Source of the DNA: Azolla caroliniana
Taxonomy: Eukaryota > Plantae > Polypodiophyta
NCBI GenBank assembly: GCA_043228905.1
Contig: JBHGNT010001185.1
Span: 1 to 11,141, forward strand
Direction of reading: 5' to 3'
Length of the DNA: 11,141 bases
Under the pieces are notes generated by a model, which was not told where the DNA came from, searched no databases, and was given only the letters and a program-made list of their open reading frames with translations. Every line of letters starts with the position of its first letter. Within the stretch, counting starts at the first letter, position 1. Positions 9,748-11,141 of the stretch are shown piece by piece. The translations under genes and the position numbers were made by a program.

Positions 9748-9973
9748 TATGAAATGCATATAGAGAATATCTGAACTCAACTATCTTTCTTCTTACTTCC
9801 TATTTAATTTATTCTTGATTAATTTATAGTTGATACAGAGATACCCATTTGGGTTGGTTTGGCTACTAACTAATGCATGCATAACGCTTGCTAAAAAGGT
9901 GGCACAGAGGAACAAAGGTACATCACCGGATGAAGACTTGTGCTTGATCAAAAGGTGACACAAAGGTACTACA
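9748..9973 (-). repeat. 5' LTR, 226 bp
   Basis: Begins TGTAGTACC on the minus strand next to the ATAT TSD. Ends CATTTCATA (terminal CA changed to TA) just before the PBS. Homologous to 5914-6093. Confidence 0.85.
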
Positions 9974-10739
9974 ATATTCCCAAGATATTCAATACAAGAT
10001 ATAAAGATTACTTTTTGTATGGAGTACTGTAATGCAAATCTTTTAGCACATGACACAATTATGGTACATCCACAACTTACATGGTTGAACTGTTTTATCT
10101 GTAAGTTGAAGCCCCAACTCAAATAGTTACAATGGAAAGAGGTTTGCATTATGTACCCCCTTAAATCGCATCAATTGCAGGATAGAACAATTAACTGTAG
10201 ATAAAAAAAGTGATCAAATTATGAACCCAATAACTAATGTTGGATTACTTGTAATTGAAAAATCTGTGTTAATGTCTCAAAACATGGCAAATCACTGTTT
10301 GTAGGAGGCTCACTCCCTAAGAGAACTAATATATTCTCAATATGTAAAACATCTCTGAAAAGAGTATTATATACGTACTAAGCCCAAACAACATATATGT
10401 AATTCCATCATTCCCTAACTTTATCCTACCCCAAAGAGATCTAACAAGTACAACAAAGGATAGGCGAGATCAACAAGGTCAGTTACAATGTGTTCACAAC
10501 AATCATATTGTGGAAACCAACAGTGAAGGGGTTCATGTCCATGCAGCTAAGTATCCATTCACAGACATCATTTTAATATGCAGAACACCATTACAAGGAA
10601 CTAGGTTTACAGCCATGAAGCTCTATCTTTATTCATCCATCACCTTCATCATAAGACAAGGAACATCATTATGGCGAATTATTCATGGTTGGTAGTAAAC
10701 TGTGGCGCACGAAGCCCCTCTGAAGAAGATTCGGCACCA

Positions 10740-10965
10740 TCAACTTTCATTGGGTATCTCGTGGGCATCAGCATTCAACTCCCCTTTAGGTGATGATGCA
10801 TCATTCGAAACTCCAAGCGGTGACTCCTCAACACCACTATCAGATGTCACAGTCATATTTGTATCATTTTGAGCAATCAGAACCTCTGCTTGCTTTCCAG
10901 ACAAGGTCAAATTTGGAGACCACTCCAGAACATCATCGATGATGTTTGATACTTTCTTTTGATAC
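10740..10965 (-). CDS. SEC62: Translocation protein SEC62, last coding exon
   Basis: After acceptor TTAATCCAG: (R)YQKKVSNIIDDVLEWSPNLTLSGKQAEV...EIPNES*. The spliced APDEAARxRYQ..(V/M)SNIIDDVLEWSP is the conserved plant Sec62 C-terminal motif. TGA at 10740-10742. Confidence 0.9.
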
Positions 10966-11050
10966 CTGGATTAAACAAAAGGTGTAATAATCAAGGCTTC
11001 AAAAATGAAAAGATAAAAGGGGTAAAAATGCAATGTGAATTGAAACAAAC
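10966..11050 (-). other. SEC62: Spliceosomal intron of SEC62 (85 bp, GT-AG, phase 2)
   Basis: Donor AAG|GTTTGT, T-rich interior, acceptor TTTTGTTTAATCCAG|G. Splicing restores AG+G = Arg in frame. Confidence 0.9.
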
Positions 11051-11141
11051 CTTGTTCGAGCTGCTTCATCAGGTGCATAATGAATGCAAAACCATGTGAC
11101 CAGGCCCAAAACTAGAGCAAAAGCAAGCCGGGAGGTCCATT
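11051..11141 (-). CDS. SEC62: SEC62 penultimate coding exon (partial, continues beyond the window)
   Basis: WTSRLAFALVLGLVTWFCIHYAPDEAART(R): a hydrophobic TM segment plus APDEAAR, as in plant Sec62. Confidence 0.9.

Larger units (their letters stand above)
5914..9973 (-). mobile_element. Decayed Ty3/gypsy LTR retrotransposon (LTR-PBS-gag-PR-RT-RH-INT remnant-LTR), ~4.06 kb
   Basis: Direct terminal repeats, minus-strand ends TGT (9973) and ACA (5914), ATAT on both flanks (5910-5913, 9974-9977), a PBS, and gypsy domain order. Many stops and frameshifts. The interior is visibly more GC-rich than the flanks. Confidence 0.93.

Noticed and set aside
5627-10026. Stowaway/mariner-like ends TA|CTCTCC... 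and ...ATGGAG|TA surrounding the LTR element
   Set aside because: The inverted match is too short and weak to call a TIR pair by eye.
10152-10165. TTTAAGGGGG on the minus strand as the PPT of a longer LTR
   Set aside because: The LTR boundary at 9973 is supported by TGT and the TSD, and the sequence upstream of this motif is the SEC62 3' region, not pol.
9793-10695. ORFs 9793..10149 (minus) and 10510..10695 (plus), and the LTR ORF 5986..6168
   Set aside because: They lie in LTR, intergenic or SEC62 3' UTR sequence and show no protein features.

Overview
Eukaryotic, land-plant-like genomic DNA, mostly transposon debris next to a host gene. The right end carries the last two coding exons of SEC62 (minus strand, 85-bp GT-AG intron). 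The centre (5914-9973, minus strand) is a decayed Ty3/gypsy LTR retrotransposon (gag, protease, RT, RNase H, remnants of integrase). Its features are unusual for plants: ~0.2-kb LTRs, a 4-bp ATAT target-site duplication, a tRNA-Ala-like PBS, and an in-register GGGAAAC -1 frameshift site joining gag and pol. It has lost its integrase DDE core and its PPT. To the left are a plus-strand integrase C-terminal fragment from a different gypsy family, a 33-bp minisatellite, a 263-bp hAT-type MITE with an 8-bp TSD inserted in a diverged ~270-bp tandem array, and two short tandem duplications. All alignments and translations were done by eye; no database searches were run.
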